Part shown: positions 18,008 through 27,191 of the stretch, in pieces | How the letters are laid out: each line of letters begins with the position of its first letter | Numbering within the stretch: the stretch's first letter is position 1 | NCBI GenBank assembly: GCA_021797745.1 | Contig: JAJZZD010000004.1 | Span: 5,003 to 69,002, forward strand | DNA: 64,000 nt | Direction of reading: 5' to 3' | DNA from: Candidatus Micrarchaeota archaeon | GTDB taxonomy: Archaea; Micrarchaeota; Micrarchaeia; Micrarchaeales; CABMGC01 | The notes under the pieces: model-generated | Told to the model about the DNA's origin: nothing | The model's database searches: none | What the model saw: the letters and a program-made list of their open reading frames with translations, nothing else | Made by a program: the position numbers and the translations under genes

Positions 18008-20359
18008 ATGGAGCCGCGATTTAATTTTGCAGAAGCAGAACCAAGATTAAGAAAATTCTGGGAAAGCGAAAAGGTGTATGCTTTTGACCGCAAGAAAGGA
18101 AAGGTATATTCAATCGACACACCGCCGCCAACCGTTTCTGGAGACATACACCTTGGCCATGTCTTTTCTTACTCTCAGGCAGAGTTCATCGCGCGATACA
18201 AAAGGATGCGCGGGTACAACGTTTTCTACCCATTCGGGCTTGACAACAATGGCTTGCCTACGGAATTGCTTGTTGAAAAAAAATATGGCAAGACTGCGGA
18301 GCAGTACGGCAGAGAAGGGTTCATAGAACTCATGAAAAAAGAGGTTAAGGAATACAACCAACAGTATTTAGAATTGTATTCGCGAGTTGGTCTGTCTGTT
18401 GACTGGTCGCTTTTGTACGAAACGATAAACGATAATGTGCAGAGAATATCCCAAAAATCTTTCATAGATTTATACGCAATGCAAAGGATATACAGAAAAA
18501 AGGATCCTGTGTTGTTTTGCCCTAAGTGCAAAACAGTCATTTCACAAATGGAGCTTCAAGATACGCCGCTCAAAAGTAAACTGGTGTACATAAAGTTTCC
18601 GGAAAACATAACAATAGCCACATCAAGGCCGGAGCTTCTACCGGCATGCGTTGCTCTTTTCGTCAACCCAAACGATGAACGTTACAGGAGTGTAATTCAC
18701 AAAAAAATAAAGGTGCCGCTGTTTGGAAACGAAGTAGAAATACTTGCAGATACTAGCATAGACCCGAATTTCGGAACCGGAGCTGAAATGTGCTGCACTT
18801 TTGGAGATCAAAATGACATAGCACTGTACAAAACATACAATTTACCTCTGAGAATGATTATTGGGCAGGAAGGAGTGATTATTGCTGACAAATACAAAGG
18901 AATGAAAATAAGAGATGCAAGGGCCAGAATAATTGAAGATTTGAAAAGTGGAGGATTTGTAGTTAAAGAAGAAGGTCCCGAGCACACCGTCAACACCCAC
19001 GAAAGGTGCGGAACTGAAATAGAATTTATAGTAAAGGAGCAATGGTACATCAGATATTTGGATTTGAAGGACAAGTTTATAGAATTCGGGAGGCAGGTAA
19101 ACTGGTACCCTAGCATCATGCGCGTAATATATGAGAACTGGGTAAATGGACTAAAGTGGGACTGGAGCATATCGCGTCAAAGATTCTTCGGAGTATATTT
19201 CCCAGTTTGGTACTGTAAGAAATGTGGCGAGCCTATGCTCGCAGATGAAAAAGACCTTCCGGTTAATCCGTTCATTGACAAGCCTAAAACAAATTGTAGT
19301 TGTGGGTCGAACGAATTTGAACCGGAAACTGATGTGATGGACACGTGGGCTACATCGTCGCTAACCCCGCTGATAAACTCGAATTGGGGGTCTAAAAAGA
19401 ATTATGTTAAAAAGATATTTCCTATGAGCATGCGCGCACAGGCCCACGACATAATTTCTTTCTGGGCATTTACCACAATAGTAAAGTCATATTTGCATAT
19501 GCAATCTATTCCATGGAAAGACATAGTTATTTCTGGCCACGGCCTAGACCCTAATGGCAAATCAATGCATAAGCATTTAGGAAATGTAACCTATCCCCAG
19601 CCGCTCTTTGACAAATATGGAGTAGATGCAGTAAGGTATTGGGCAAGCTCGTCAATACTTGGTGACGATAATAGGTTTCAGGAGAAAGAGGTAGTTACAG
19701 GAGCAAAACTTGTAACGAAACTTTGGAATCTTGCGAGATTTTTGGACATGAAATGCAGGGATTACGAAGACAAAGAGAGCGACAACCCCATTGACAATTT
19801 TGTATTGAATAAATTGAAATTAACGATAAAAGAAGCCACAGAGGCGTTTGACAGTTACAATTATTTCAAGGCCAGGACCATAGTTGAAAATTTCTTCTGG
19901 GAATTCGCAAATGATTACATAGAGTTCGCGAAGAAAAGAATATACGACAACGAGAATGGCGCGAAAAGAACGGCGAACAAGGTGTTCTATGCTGTGATAA
20001 AGATGCTTGCGCCTTTTATGCCATATGTGACCGAGGAGATTTACCTGAATTTGTTCAAGCAACGTGAAAATGTGAAATCAATACATATAGCAGCATGGCC
20101 CAAGCCGAAAGAGATAAGGGTCAATAAAGATGCGGCGAAGCGCGGCAAGCTAATTAATTCAGTAATACTTGCAGTGAGACAAAACAAACACGATCGGCAG
20201 ATGGCGCTGAACGCGCCGATATTCGAACTTACCTTAAACAAGGACCTTGGTGCAGACGTTCAGGACATTAAGGACGCAATGAATATCTCAAACATCACAA
20301 TAGGCAAGGGGGACATCAAGGCTCAAGGAACGGGCATAAAATTTTCTGTCAAAAAATAG
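18008..20359 (+). CDS. valS: Valyl-tRNA synthetase
   Basis: Class I HIGH region PPPTVSGDIHLGH followed by YKRMRGYNVFYPFGLDNNGLPTE, and a KMSKS-like GKSMHKHLGN. The 783-aa length fits archaeal ValRS. ATG 18008 is preferred over GTG 17999. Confidence 0.8.
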   Translation: MEPRFNFAEAEPRLRKFWESEKVYAFDRKKGKVYSIDTPPPTVSGDIHLGHVFSYSQAEFIARYKRMRGYNVFYPFGLDNNGLPTELLVEKKYGKTAEQYGREGFIELMKKEVKEYNQQYLELYSRVGLSVDWSLLYETINDNVQRISQKSFIDLYAMQRIYRKKDPVLFCPKCKTVISQMELQDTPLKSKLVYIKFPENITIATSRPELLPACVALFVNPNDERYRSVIHKKIKVPLFGNEVEILADTSIDPNFGTGAEMCCTFGDQNDIALYKTYNLPLRMIIGQEGVIIADKYKGMKIRDARARIIEDLKSGGFVVKEEGPEHTVNTHERCGTEIEFIVKEQWYIRYLDLKDKFIEFGRQVNWYPSIMRVIYENWVNGLKWDWSISRQRFFGVYFPVWYCKKCGEPMLADEKDLPVNPFIDKPKTNCSCGSNEFEPETDVMDTWATSSLTPLINSNWGSKKNYVKKIFPMSMRAQAHDIISFWAFTTIVKSYLHMQSIPWKDIVISGHGLDPNGKSMHKHLGNVTYPQPLFDKYGVDAVRYWASSSILGDDNRFQEKEVVTGAKLVTKLWNLARFLDMKCRDYEDKESDNPIDNFVLNKLKLTIKEATEAFDSYNYFKARTIVENFFWEFANDYIEFAKKRIYDNENGAKRTANKVFYAVIKMLAPFMPYVTEEIYLNLFKQRENVKSIHIAAWPKPKEIRVNKDAAKRGKLINSVILAVRQNKHDRQMALNAPIFELTLNKDLGADVQDIKDAMNISNITIGKGDIKAQGTGIKFSVKK

Positions 20360-20411
20360 TTTGCGGCACAATGAGCAAATTATAATAAGCTGAACTAAGA
20401 AGAAATCATAA

Positions 20412-20486
20412 GGGTCCGTAACTCAGCATGGCCAGAGTGGGAGGCTTTTAACCTCTAAGTCGGGGGTTCAAATCCCCCCGGGCCCG
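20412..20486 (+). tRNA. tRNA-Lys (TTT)
   Basis: Acceptor GGGTCCG/CGGGCCC with one G-U pair, anticodon loop CT-TTT-AA, T arm GGGGGTTCAAATCCCCC. Confidence 0.85.
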
Positions 20487-20510
20487 AAAAACTATTATTT
20501 AATTTTTAAG

Positions 20511-21902
20511 TTACTTGCCGCTTAGAAATCGCTTTGATTCTTCTACAAGCTTTTCAGCATCGCTTTTTGAATTTGCCTCTGCGAAAGCCCTTACAAGCGG
20601 CTCTGTACCTGACTCCCGCACCAGAACCCATGAGCCGTCATTCAGATAAAGCTTTATTCCATCAAGAAGAGAGAGTTTTACAGTCTTTCTACCGGCGAAA
20701 TTGTCACCTATTGACATGCCTTTTAGTTTGTTGAGATTTGCGACCACTGATTCTGTCTTGTTAATGTCGAATGCCAGGAAGCACCCAAAGCCAAATTTCT
20801 TAGAAACTGACTTCCATATGTCAGCAAATGACTGCTTTTCTACAGACAGCATTTCGCATATAAGCGCTCCTGCTGCGATGCCATCTTTGTCAGGTATCCA
20901 TCCGCCGAAACCTGCTCCCTGAGATGCGCCTTCAAGCCCGAAAACCGCGCCATGCGCAAGTTCCTTAGATATATTCTTGAAGCCTACTGGCACTTCAGTG
21001 CATTTGACTCCATAAGTGGCGCACAGCCTGTCCATAGCGCTTGTAGTGTGGATAGATCTGGCAACATCGCCTTTTTCATTCCTGTACTTGAACAAGTAAT
21101 CGCACATCATCAAACCGCTTTGATTGGCAGTGTAGTAATCTCCATCAGCGTCTATGACCGCGAGCCTGTCGGCATCGCCGTCGTTAGCTATTCCTATGAC
21201 TGAGCCGGTTCTCTTGACCAGGTCTTTCAGCTCTTGCAAATTTTCCTCAGAAGGTATTGGCTGCTTTCCCCCAAATTCTGCATCGTAGTTTTCGTTAAGC
21301 TCATGCACATCGGCGCCGTACCTGACCAGCAGGTTCGCTAAATAGCCGCGTCCTGCACCGTGCATCGTGTCGATAGCCACATGCATCCCCCTGATTTTGC
21401 TCAGGTCGAATCTCCTGCCCAAAGCCTCCAGATACGCATCTTTTATGGTTATGCTTTCTGCACTGCAAGGCAAAGGATTAATGCGCTTTTCAGGTATCAG
21501 AGCAGTAATTTGGTCTGTCGTCTCTTTTACGGGTGTTGCACCCGATGAATCTAGAAATTTTATGCCGTTGTATATCGGCGGATTGTGGCTGGCTGTTACA
21601 GCTATGCCTGCACTAGCTTTGGTGTTCAATACTGCAAATGATACAACAGGAGTAGGAGTAGGAGAATCGATTATGAACGTTTCAAGTCCGAAGCCGCCGA
21701 AAATCCCGCAGATAAGCTCTGCAATGTGCCTTGAATTTTTCCTTGTGTCGTAACCAACGATTACCTTGCTATGGGAGGATTTCTTTTTTAAATAAATGCC
21801 GATTCCATATGCCGCCCTAAGGACGTTTTCATCATTGAACCCTGAATTCATTTTGTCTCTCCAGCCGCTTGTTCCGAACGAGATTTTATACATAAGTATC
21901 AT
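20511..21902 (-). CDS. Phosphoglucomutase/phosphomannomutase-family phosphohexomutase
   Basis: Active-site TASHNPPIYNGIK and metal loop ANDGDADRL. The start may be MYKISFGTSGWR, 9 nt downstream. Confidence 0.85.
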   Translation of the reverse strand: MILMYKISFGTSGWRDKMNSGFNDENVLRAAYGIGIYLKKKSSHSKVIVGYDTRKNSRHIAELICGIFGGFGLETFIIDSPTPTPVVSFAVLNTKASAGIAVTASHNPPIYNGIKFLDSSGATPVKETTDQITALIPEKRINPLPCSAESITIKDAYLEALGRRFDLSKIRGMHVAIDTMHGAGRGYLANLLVRYGADVHELNENYDAEFGGKQPIPSEENLQELKDLVKRTGSVIGIANDGDADRLAVIDADGDYYTANQSGLMMCDYLFKYRNEKGDVARSIHTTSAMDRLCATYGVKCTEVPVGFKNISKELAHGAVFGLEGASQGAGFGGWIPDKDGIAAGALICEMLSVEKQSFADIWKSVSKKFGFGCFLAFDINKTESVVANLNKLKGMSIGDNFAGRKTVKLSLLDGIKLYLNDGSWVLVRESGTEPLVRAFAEANSKSDAEKLVEESKRFLSGK

Positions 21903-22018
21903 GACGCGAATTTGTCGCGGATCTAAATGCTGCAGATGTAATTTGGATTGCAGAATGCTATTAATTTTATGCTTTGCAAAGACTTCTAAATTCTAATGTT
22001 CAATACTAAAGCGATTCA

Positions 22019-23488
22019 ATGTCTGATGCAGTACGTCTTGAAAAACTTAAAAAGCTAAGGGAACTTGGCATAAACCCCTATCCATATACATACAACAGAA
22101 CGCATGGCGCGGCTGAAATAATTGAAAAATTCAATTCGCTTGAAGGGAAAGATGCAAGCATAGCGGGCAGGATAATCAGAATGCGGGCAATGGGCAAACT
22201 GTACTTTCTTGACCTGCTGGACGGCACAGGTAAAATACAGGTGATCGCGAAGTCAGATGTGATGAGCAAGGAATCAGCGGAGATACTTTCTCTAACTGAC
22301 CGCGGAGACATACTGGGCGTAAACGGCAAAATAATAAAATCAGACCGCGGAGAAATAAGTGTGGAGGCAAAGCAGGTTACTATGCTTTCTAAATCGTTAA
22401 GCATGCTACCTGAGAAGTTCCATGGGTTAACGGACACGGACATGCGATACAGGAAAAGATACTTAGATCTGATCGCGAATCCTGAAACAAGGAAGTTTTT
22501 TGTTACCAGGGCAAAAATACTTTCATACATGCGCAATTTCTTTGATAAAAGAGGCTATGTTGAATTCGAGACGCCTATTTTGCAGCCGACATACGGCGGT
22601 GCTACCGGAGAACCTTTCACTACGCACCACAACGCGCTAGACAGTACGCTCTATCTCAGGATAGCTGACGAACTGTATCTTAAACGGCTCATAATAGGAG
22701 GCTTTGAGAAAGTTTATGAGGTTTCTAAAGACTTCAGGAACGAGGACATAGATTCCACGCACAATCCAGAATTCACACAGATAGAAGCGTATGAAACCTA
22801 CAAGGATTACAACGACTTCATGAAAATGTTCGAAGAACTTTTTTCAGGGATTGCAAAGGACCTTTTCGGATCTTACAAAATAAAATATCAGGGCAGAGAG
22901 CTCGACTTCACGCCACCGTTTATGAAAATATATCTCGTTGACGAGATAAAAAGGCGTTCCGGGATAGACATATCAAAAATGACTGATGAAGAGGCTAAGG
23001 AAATCGCGAAAAAGGAGAACCTCGCGACTGGCATAAAAAATGCATACCACGTTGCTGATGCTCTGTTCGACAAATATGTAAAGCCGGACATTTGGAATCC
23101 GACATTTGTGCTCGATTATCCCATATACATGTGTCCCCTGACAAAGACGAAAAGAGACAATGAACTTCTTGCAGAACGGTTTGAGCCGTACATAGCGGGA
23201 ATTGAAGTAGGAAATTGCTACACCGAATTGACAGATCCCCAATACCAAAATAAAATGTTTGAAGAGCAAGATGCAGAAAGGCAAAAAGGCGACGAAGAGG
23301 CCCCGCCATCGGACAGAGATTTCTTGGAGGCTATTGAGTACGGAATGCCCCCAACCGCAGGGATAGGAATAAGCATAGACAGACCTGCAATGATGTTTAC
23401 GGATAACGCGTCTATAAAAGAAGTCATCGCGTTTCCATCAGTGAGACCTGAAAAACGCGAAACGGCAGAAAAGAAAAGCAAAAAGTAA
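22019..23488 (+). CDS. lysS: Lysyl-tRNA synthetase, class II
   Basis: N-terminal OB fold and class II core (YLRIADELYLKRLIIGGFEKVYEVSKDFRNEDIDSTHNPEFTQIEAYE), with motif 3 near the C-terminus. Confidence 0.9.
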   Translation: MSDAVRLEKLKKLRELGINPYPYTYNRTHGAAEIIEKFNSLEGKDASIAGRIIRMRAMGKLYFLDLLDGTGKIQVIAKSDVMSKESAEILSLTDRGDILGVNGKIIKSDRGEISVEAKQVTMLSKSLSMLPEKFHGLTDTDMRYRKRYLDLIANPETRKFFVTRAKILSYMRNFFDKRGYVEFETPILQPTYGGATGEPFTTHHNALDSTLYLRIADELYLKRLIIGGFEKVYEVSKDFRNEDIDSTHNPEFTQIEAYETYKDYNDFMKMFEELFSGIAKDLFGSYKIKYQGRELDFTPPFMKIYLVDEIKRRSGIDISKMTDEEAKEIAKKENLATGIKNAYHVADALFDKYVKPDIWNPTFVLDYPIYMCPLTKTKRDNELLAERFEPYIAGIEVGNCYTELTDPQYQNKMFEEQDAERQKGDEEAPPSDRDFLEAIEYGMPPTAGIGISIDRPAMMFTDNASIKEVIAFPSVRPEKRETAEKKSKK

Positions 23489-23551
23489 CTGCTAAATTTG
23501 CCTGAAAATTTCAGAAAGATTATATAAGCGTGTTTTATGTAAATAAAGCAG

Positions 23552-23655
23552 GCCAGGGTGGCAGAATCCGGTCAACGCGTGCGCCTGGAACTTTTTCATT
23601 ACTAGCAAGCGCATGGCCTTTCGGGGCCGTTAGGGTTCAAATCCCTACCCTGGCG
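23552..23655 (+). tRNA. tRNA-Ser (GGA) with a ~17-nt intron at the canonical 37/38 position
   Basis: Acceptor GCCAGGG/CCCTGGC. Anticodon stem TGCGC/GCGCA flanks CTGGAA plus the insert CTTTTTCATTACTAGCA. Long variable arm GGCC-TTTCGG-GGCC. T arm TAGGG-TTCAAAT-CCCTA. The D stem is weak in my fold. Confidence 0.7.
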
Positions 23656-24017
23656 GATTTTTAATACTATGCGAGGGATTTTTCTTGTCGTAATATCGCT
23701 GGCCAGCAAAGTGGTTTTGTGAGTTTATATTTGGCCGGCAGGCCGTCGGATGTAGACAGTCTAACAATTTTGCATGCAGTTACTGCCTATTGACATCGGT
23801 GCAGGCGGTTTCGATAGAATAGTATCTGCCGCATCTACCTTACTTTTAATTCACCGCGATTCCCAGAATTGGATGCGTTTGGACTAAAAACAGTTGCCAA
23901 TAAAAACATTTGCAAGCATAAAGAAATTGCATATGCACAAGATAAAGCAAAAAGCAGTTACTGAAAAGTTTTAAATACCTGATAAATCATACATAACGTG
24001 CAATTTTTAGGGTTTTA

Positions 24018-24677
24018 ATGGCAGAACCACAGAAACCTGCTTCACCTCAGCAAAAGAAAGAGGCAGAAGCAGTAAACATAATAAGAATGTCCGGAAGGGA
24101 CATCAACGGCAGCTTGGACATCGCAAATGCCATAAGGCAGATCAAAGGGATAGGAACTAATTTGGCAACAGCACTTGCGAGCGTCATAGAAGCAAAGCTC
24201 TCGATAGAAAAGCACACTGCAATAGGCAGCATCAGCGAAGACAAACTTGCGCAGGTGGAAAGCGTGATAAAAGATCCTGCAAAGTATGGGATACCGCACT
24301 ACATGCTCAACAGGAGAAAGGACCCGGAGACAGGAGCAGACCTGCACCTCGTGGGAACTGACCTTACCGTAAAGACAAGGCAGGACATAGACAGCGATAT
24401 AAAAATAGGCGCATGGAGAGGCTACAGGCATCAGTTCGGACAAAAGGTAAGAGGACAGAGAACGAGATCAGTGGGAAGAACCGGAGAGATAGTCGGAGTC
24501 ACAAAGAAGAAAATACTTGAAACGCAGAAAGAAGCAAAGGCGCCGGCAGGAGCGCCAGGCGCTCAAGGAGGGAAGCCTGCTGGCGGAGCAGGACCTGCTG
24601 CAGCCCCGGCAGGGGCGGCTGCTGCGGCGAAGGCTTCGGCACCTAAAGCGGCTGCCAAGCCAGAAGAAGGCAAATGA
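24018..24677 (+). CDS. rps13: Ribosomal protein S13 (uS13) with an A/P/G/K-rich C-terminal tail
   Basis: RMSGRDINGSLDIANAIRQIKGIGTNLA core. The last ~50 aa are low complexity. Confidence 0.85.
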   Translation: MAEPQKPASPQQKKEAEAVNIIRMSGRDINGSLDIANAIRQIKGIGTNLATALASVIEAKLSIEKHTAIGSISEDKLAQVESVIKDPAKYGIPHYMLNRRKDPETGADLHLVGTDLTVKTRQDIDSDIKIGAWRGYRHQFGQKVRGQRTRSVGRTGEIVGVTKKKILETQKEAKAPAGAPGAQGGKPAGGAGPAAAPAGAAAAAKASAPKAAAKPEEGK

Positions 24678-24707
24678 AACTGATAAAAATCATCGCAAGG
24701 TAATGTT

Positions 24708-25265
24708 TTGGGAGACCCTAAGAAATTGAGAAAAAAATCAGAACGCGCTGGAGCGATGTGGAATACTGAAAGGATAAAGCATGACCACGGGCTCCGGGAC
24801 AAATACGACCTTAGGAAGATACGCGAATTGTGGCTCGCTGAAAGCGAACTTAGAAGGATAAGGAAGAATGCGAGGGATGTTCTTGCCGGGCGTTCAAAAG
24901 AGGAAATAGGAAGGCAGATAATCAACAGGCTGGAAAGATTTAATATTGTAAAGAAGGGTGCGACGCTAGATGACCTGCTGGTCATTGATGTTGAATCGCT
25001 GCTTGAAAGGAGGCTGCAGACACTAGTTTACAGAAAAGGTCTTGCAAGGACCATGAAGCAGTCGAGGCAGCTGATAGCGCATGGGCTCATAACCATCGGC
25101 GGCAGGCGTGTCACTGCGCCAGGATATTTCGTACCGGCAGACGAAGAAACTGCAATAGGATACTACAAGCCTATAAAGATAGAGCCAGTGATAAGCTCAA
25201 AGACTGAAAATGGCGGCAATGAAGGTGCAGAACAGGTCAAGGGCGAAGAGACTAAGGCGGTATAA
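24708..25265 (+). CDS. rps4: Ribosomal protein S4 (uS4)
   Basis: The N-terminus (M)[17 protein letters not shown] and the S4 RNA-binding domain are present. The frame opens at TTG 24708, so a non-ATG start is inferred. Confidence 0.85.
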   Translation: MGDPKKLRKKSERAGAMWNTERIKHDHGLRDKYDLRKIRELWLAESELRRIRKNARDVLAGRSKEEIGRQIINRLERFNIVKKGATLDDLLVIDVESLLERRLQTLVYRKGLARTMKQSRQLIAHGLITIGGRRVTAPGYFVPADEETAIGYYKPIKIEPVISSKTENGGNEGAEQVKGEETKAV

Positions 25266-25768
25266 TGGCGAAGGGAAAGAAACAACCAGGAAAGACGGCT
25301 GAAAAGCCCAAGGCAGAGGCAAAGGCAGAGGAAACCTCTTACGAAGCGCAAGTTGCCGCAGCTGTAGAAAAGTACAAGCCAAAGGGAATAAGATGGGGCG
25401 TAGCCCACGTTTTTTCTTCGAAGAATGATACCATAATCACGCTCACAGATCTTTCTGGTTCTGAAACAATTGCAGTCGGCAGCGGAGGCATGGTAGTAAA
25501 CACAGACAGGGAGGAAGGTTCCCCTTATGCGGCAATGCAAGCTGCATACAAGGTAACGGCTGCTGCGATTGAAAAAGGGATAACTAATATTAACATAAAG
25601 ATAAGGGCTCCGGGCGGGCACGGGTCAAAGACGCCAGGACCTGGAGCGCAGGCAGTCGTAAGGGCTATGGCAAGAAGCGGGTTAAGGGTAGGAAGCATAG
25701 AAGACGTAACTCCAATACCGACAGATACCACAAGAAGACCTGGCGGGAAAAGGGGAAGAAGGGTATAG
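25265..25768 (+). CDS. rps11: Ribosomal protein S11 (uS11) with a Lys/Ala/Glu-rich N-terminal extension
   Basis: Core [18 protein letters not shown]...[19 protein letters not shown]. The start overlaps the S4 stop (TAATG). Confidence 0.85.
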   Translation: MAKGKKQPGKTAEKPKAEAKAEETSYEAQVAAAVEKYKPKGIRWGVAHVFSSKNDTIITLTDLSGSETIAVGSGGMVVNTDREEGSPYAAMQAAYKVTAAAIEKGITNINIKIRAPGGHGSKTPGPGAQAVVRAMARSGLRVGSIEDVTPIPTDTTRRPGGKRGRRV

Positions 25769-26152
25769 CTATTTTTCGCATCAAACTTGGCTATGTTTAT
25801 TAAGTATGTGCTGCATAACTTTGTTTGTTAGGCATCGGAATTTTTAATCGCTTAATGAGTAGAAGCCATGCACGTTAGGCCGTCATTCTCCGAGATATTA
25901 TCGGCCCCGATAATGAAAAGCACCATAAAGAATATGTTCGGGGAAAAACAATTCGATATTGTTGAACGGCTGGTTGTTACATACTTCTTTTACATAGTGA
26001 ACCTAGCGACAGGGTAAAAAGAAGGATATTTCATTTTACAGGCGCATGATAAAAAAACGAGAAAACGAAAATCGTTTACGGCACCGTAGATAGGATTTTG
26101 TTGGGCACATTGCCACTGAGAAGTTTGGACACAAAGAAAGAGTACAACACAA

Positions 26153-27127
26153 TCAGATGGGTTGCAGAACAAGCAGAAGATACGCTATGATTATCAAAGC
26201 AACTGCGCTGTCGAAGTTGTCGTCCAAAGGCAAAGGAAGACTCTCTACGATTGCCGCCGCAGCAGCTAACAATATTGCATAATATCCTATGAACAGATAT
26301 CCTATCAGTGAGATAGAAATGAAATATGCGGCAGTTCCTACGACACTTTTCTTTTTGTTGTAGAAAAGTTTCAGTTTCCCGAATTTTAGGCCCAGTATAG
26401 TTGCAAGCGAATCTCCGATGAATAGCGCCGCGAGTCCTACTATTATGTACTCTACGCTTGGCATGAATATCAGTATAAGCAGCGATCCAGAGGCAAGCCA
26501 CAAAGCTCCTCTTCCGAAACTTGTTCCTTTCCTCTCAAGCTGCCAGAGAGCCTTGCCGAACGTGCTGTGCTTTCTGCCCCTTTTGGCACCAAAATTTGTT
26601 TCCAGATACTTTACTATTCCTATGCCAAATACGGTTATCAAGAAGATGAATGTGTAAGGATATGGATAAATATATTGAATGAAATAGAACATCGCTATTA
26701 ACAATATTCCCGCAAATATCTGTACAACGTCTCTCTTTATTTCAACATTTTCGTCTACTGCAGTTGATTTTTTGTCGAAAAGGAATATCCCACTCATTAT
26801 CCCTATGAGCAACGACTCGGCAACGAGGTAAGGATATGTATTCAAAGTAGCCAGAAGGAACATCACAAGGTAGGCAAGAAATAACAGCAGCAGACGGTTG
26901 TCCCTGACACGCAGAAACGCGAAAACCAGGAGCATGCCTGTCAAAATTATTATTGTGCCGAATTGCGGCTCTGCGAATGCGTACTGCTGGTATGCAGACA
27001 GCAGCACAGACAATACTACGAAAACTGAAAGCAGGAATATATCGCGTGGCCTGCGGTAAAACACCAGCGAGACTAACACTGAGAATGCACTAAGCACTGC
27101 AAACAGAAGTTCTAAGTTAAATAGCAT
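26153..27127 (-). CDS. Polyprenol (dolichol) kinase / CTP-transferase-family membrane protein
   Basis: The C-terminal motif GDSLATILGLKFGKLKLFYNKKKSVVGTAAYF...ESLPLPLDDNF matches the D-x-x-A-x-x-x-G-x-x-x-GK ... KS-x-x-G ... DDN pattern of dolichol/phytol kinases and CDS-like enzymes. Multi-TM. Confidence 0.6.
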   Translation of the reverse strand: MLFNLELLFAVLSAFSVLVSLVFYRRPRDIFLLSVFVVLSVLLSAYQQYAFAEPQFGTIIILTGMLLVFAFLRVRDNRLLLLFLAYLVMFLLATLNTYPYLVAESLLIGIMSGIFLFDKKSTAVDENVEIKRDVVQIFAGILLIAMFYFIQYIYPYPYTFIFLITVFGIGIVKYLETNFGAKRGRKHSTFGKALWQLERKGTSFGRGALWLASGSLLILIFMPSVEYIIVGLAALFIGDSLATILGLKFGKLKLFYNKKKSVVGTAAYFISISLIGYLFIGYYAILLAAAAAIVESLPLPLDDNFDSAVALIIIAYLLLVLQPI

Positions 27128-27191
27128 GTTGTTAAAGTATGATTACCTCGCTGAATATAATATTTGCGCTATGGCTCAAGGCAGCAGCAGG

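Noticed and set aside
23656-24017. A 360-bp ORF-free interval between tRNA-Ser and rps13, examined for SRP RNA, RNase P RNA or C/D-box sRNA
   Set aside because: I found no GAGGAAAGUCC-type RNase P box, no SRP helix-8-like motif and no C/D box pairs. The interval contains a TTTTAAATA element ~45 nt upstream of rps13 and is most simply a promoter/leader region. Only a covariance-model scan could settle it.
24517-24729. A basic 70-aa ORF overlapping the S13 tail and the S13-S4 spacer
   Set aside because: It is an alternative frame of the GC-rich low-complexity S13 tail. The S13 and S4 frames are supported by conserved cores.
25868-25999. A 43-codon ORF (MHVRPSFSEILSAPIMK...) in the gap after rps11, considered as a remnant of rpoD left at the inversion breakpoint
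   Set aside because: It shows no similarity to the RpoD N-terminus encoded at 49134, and there are no supporting signals.
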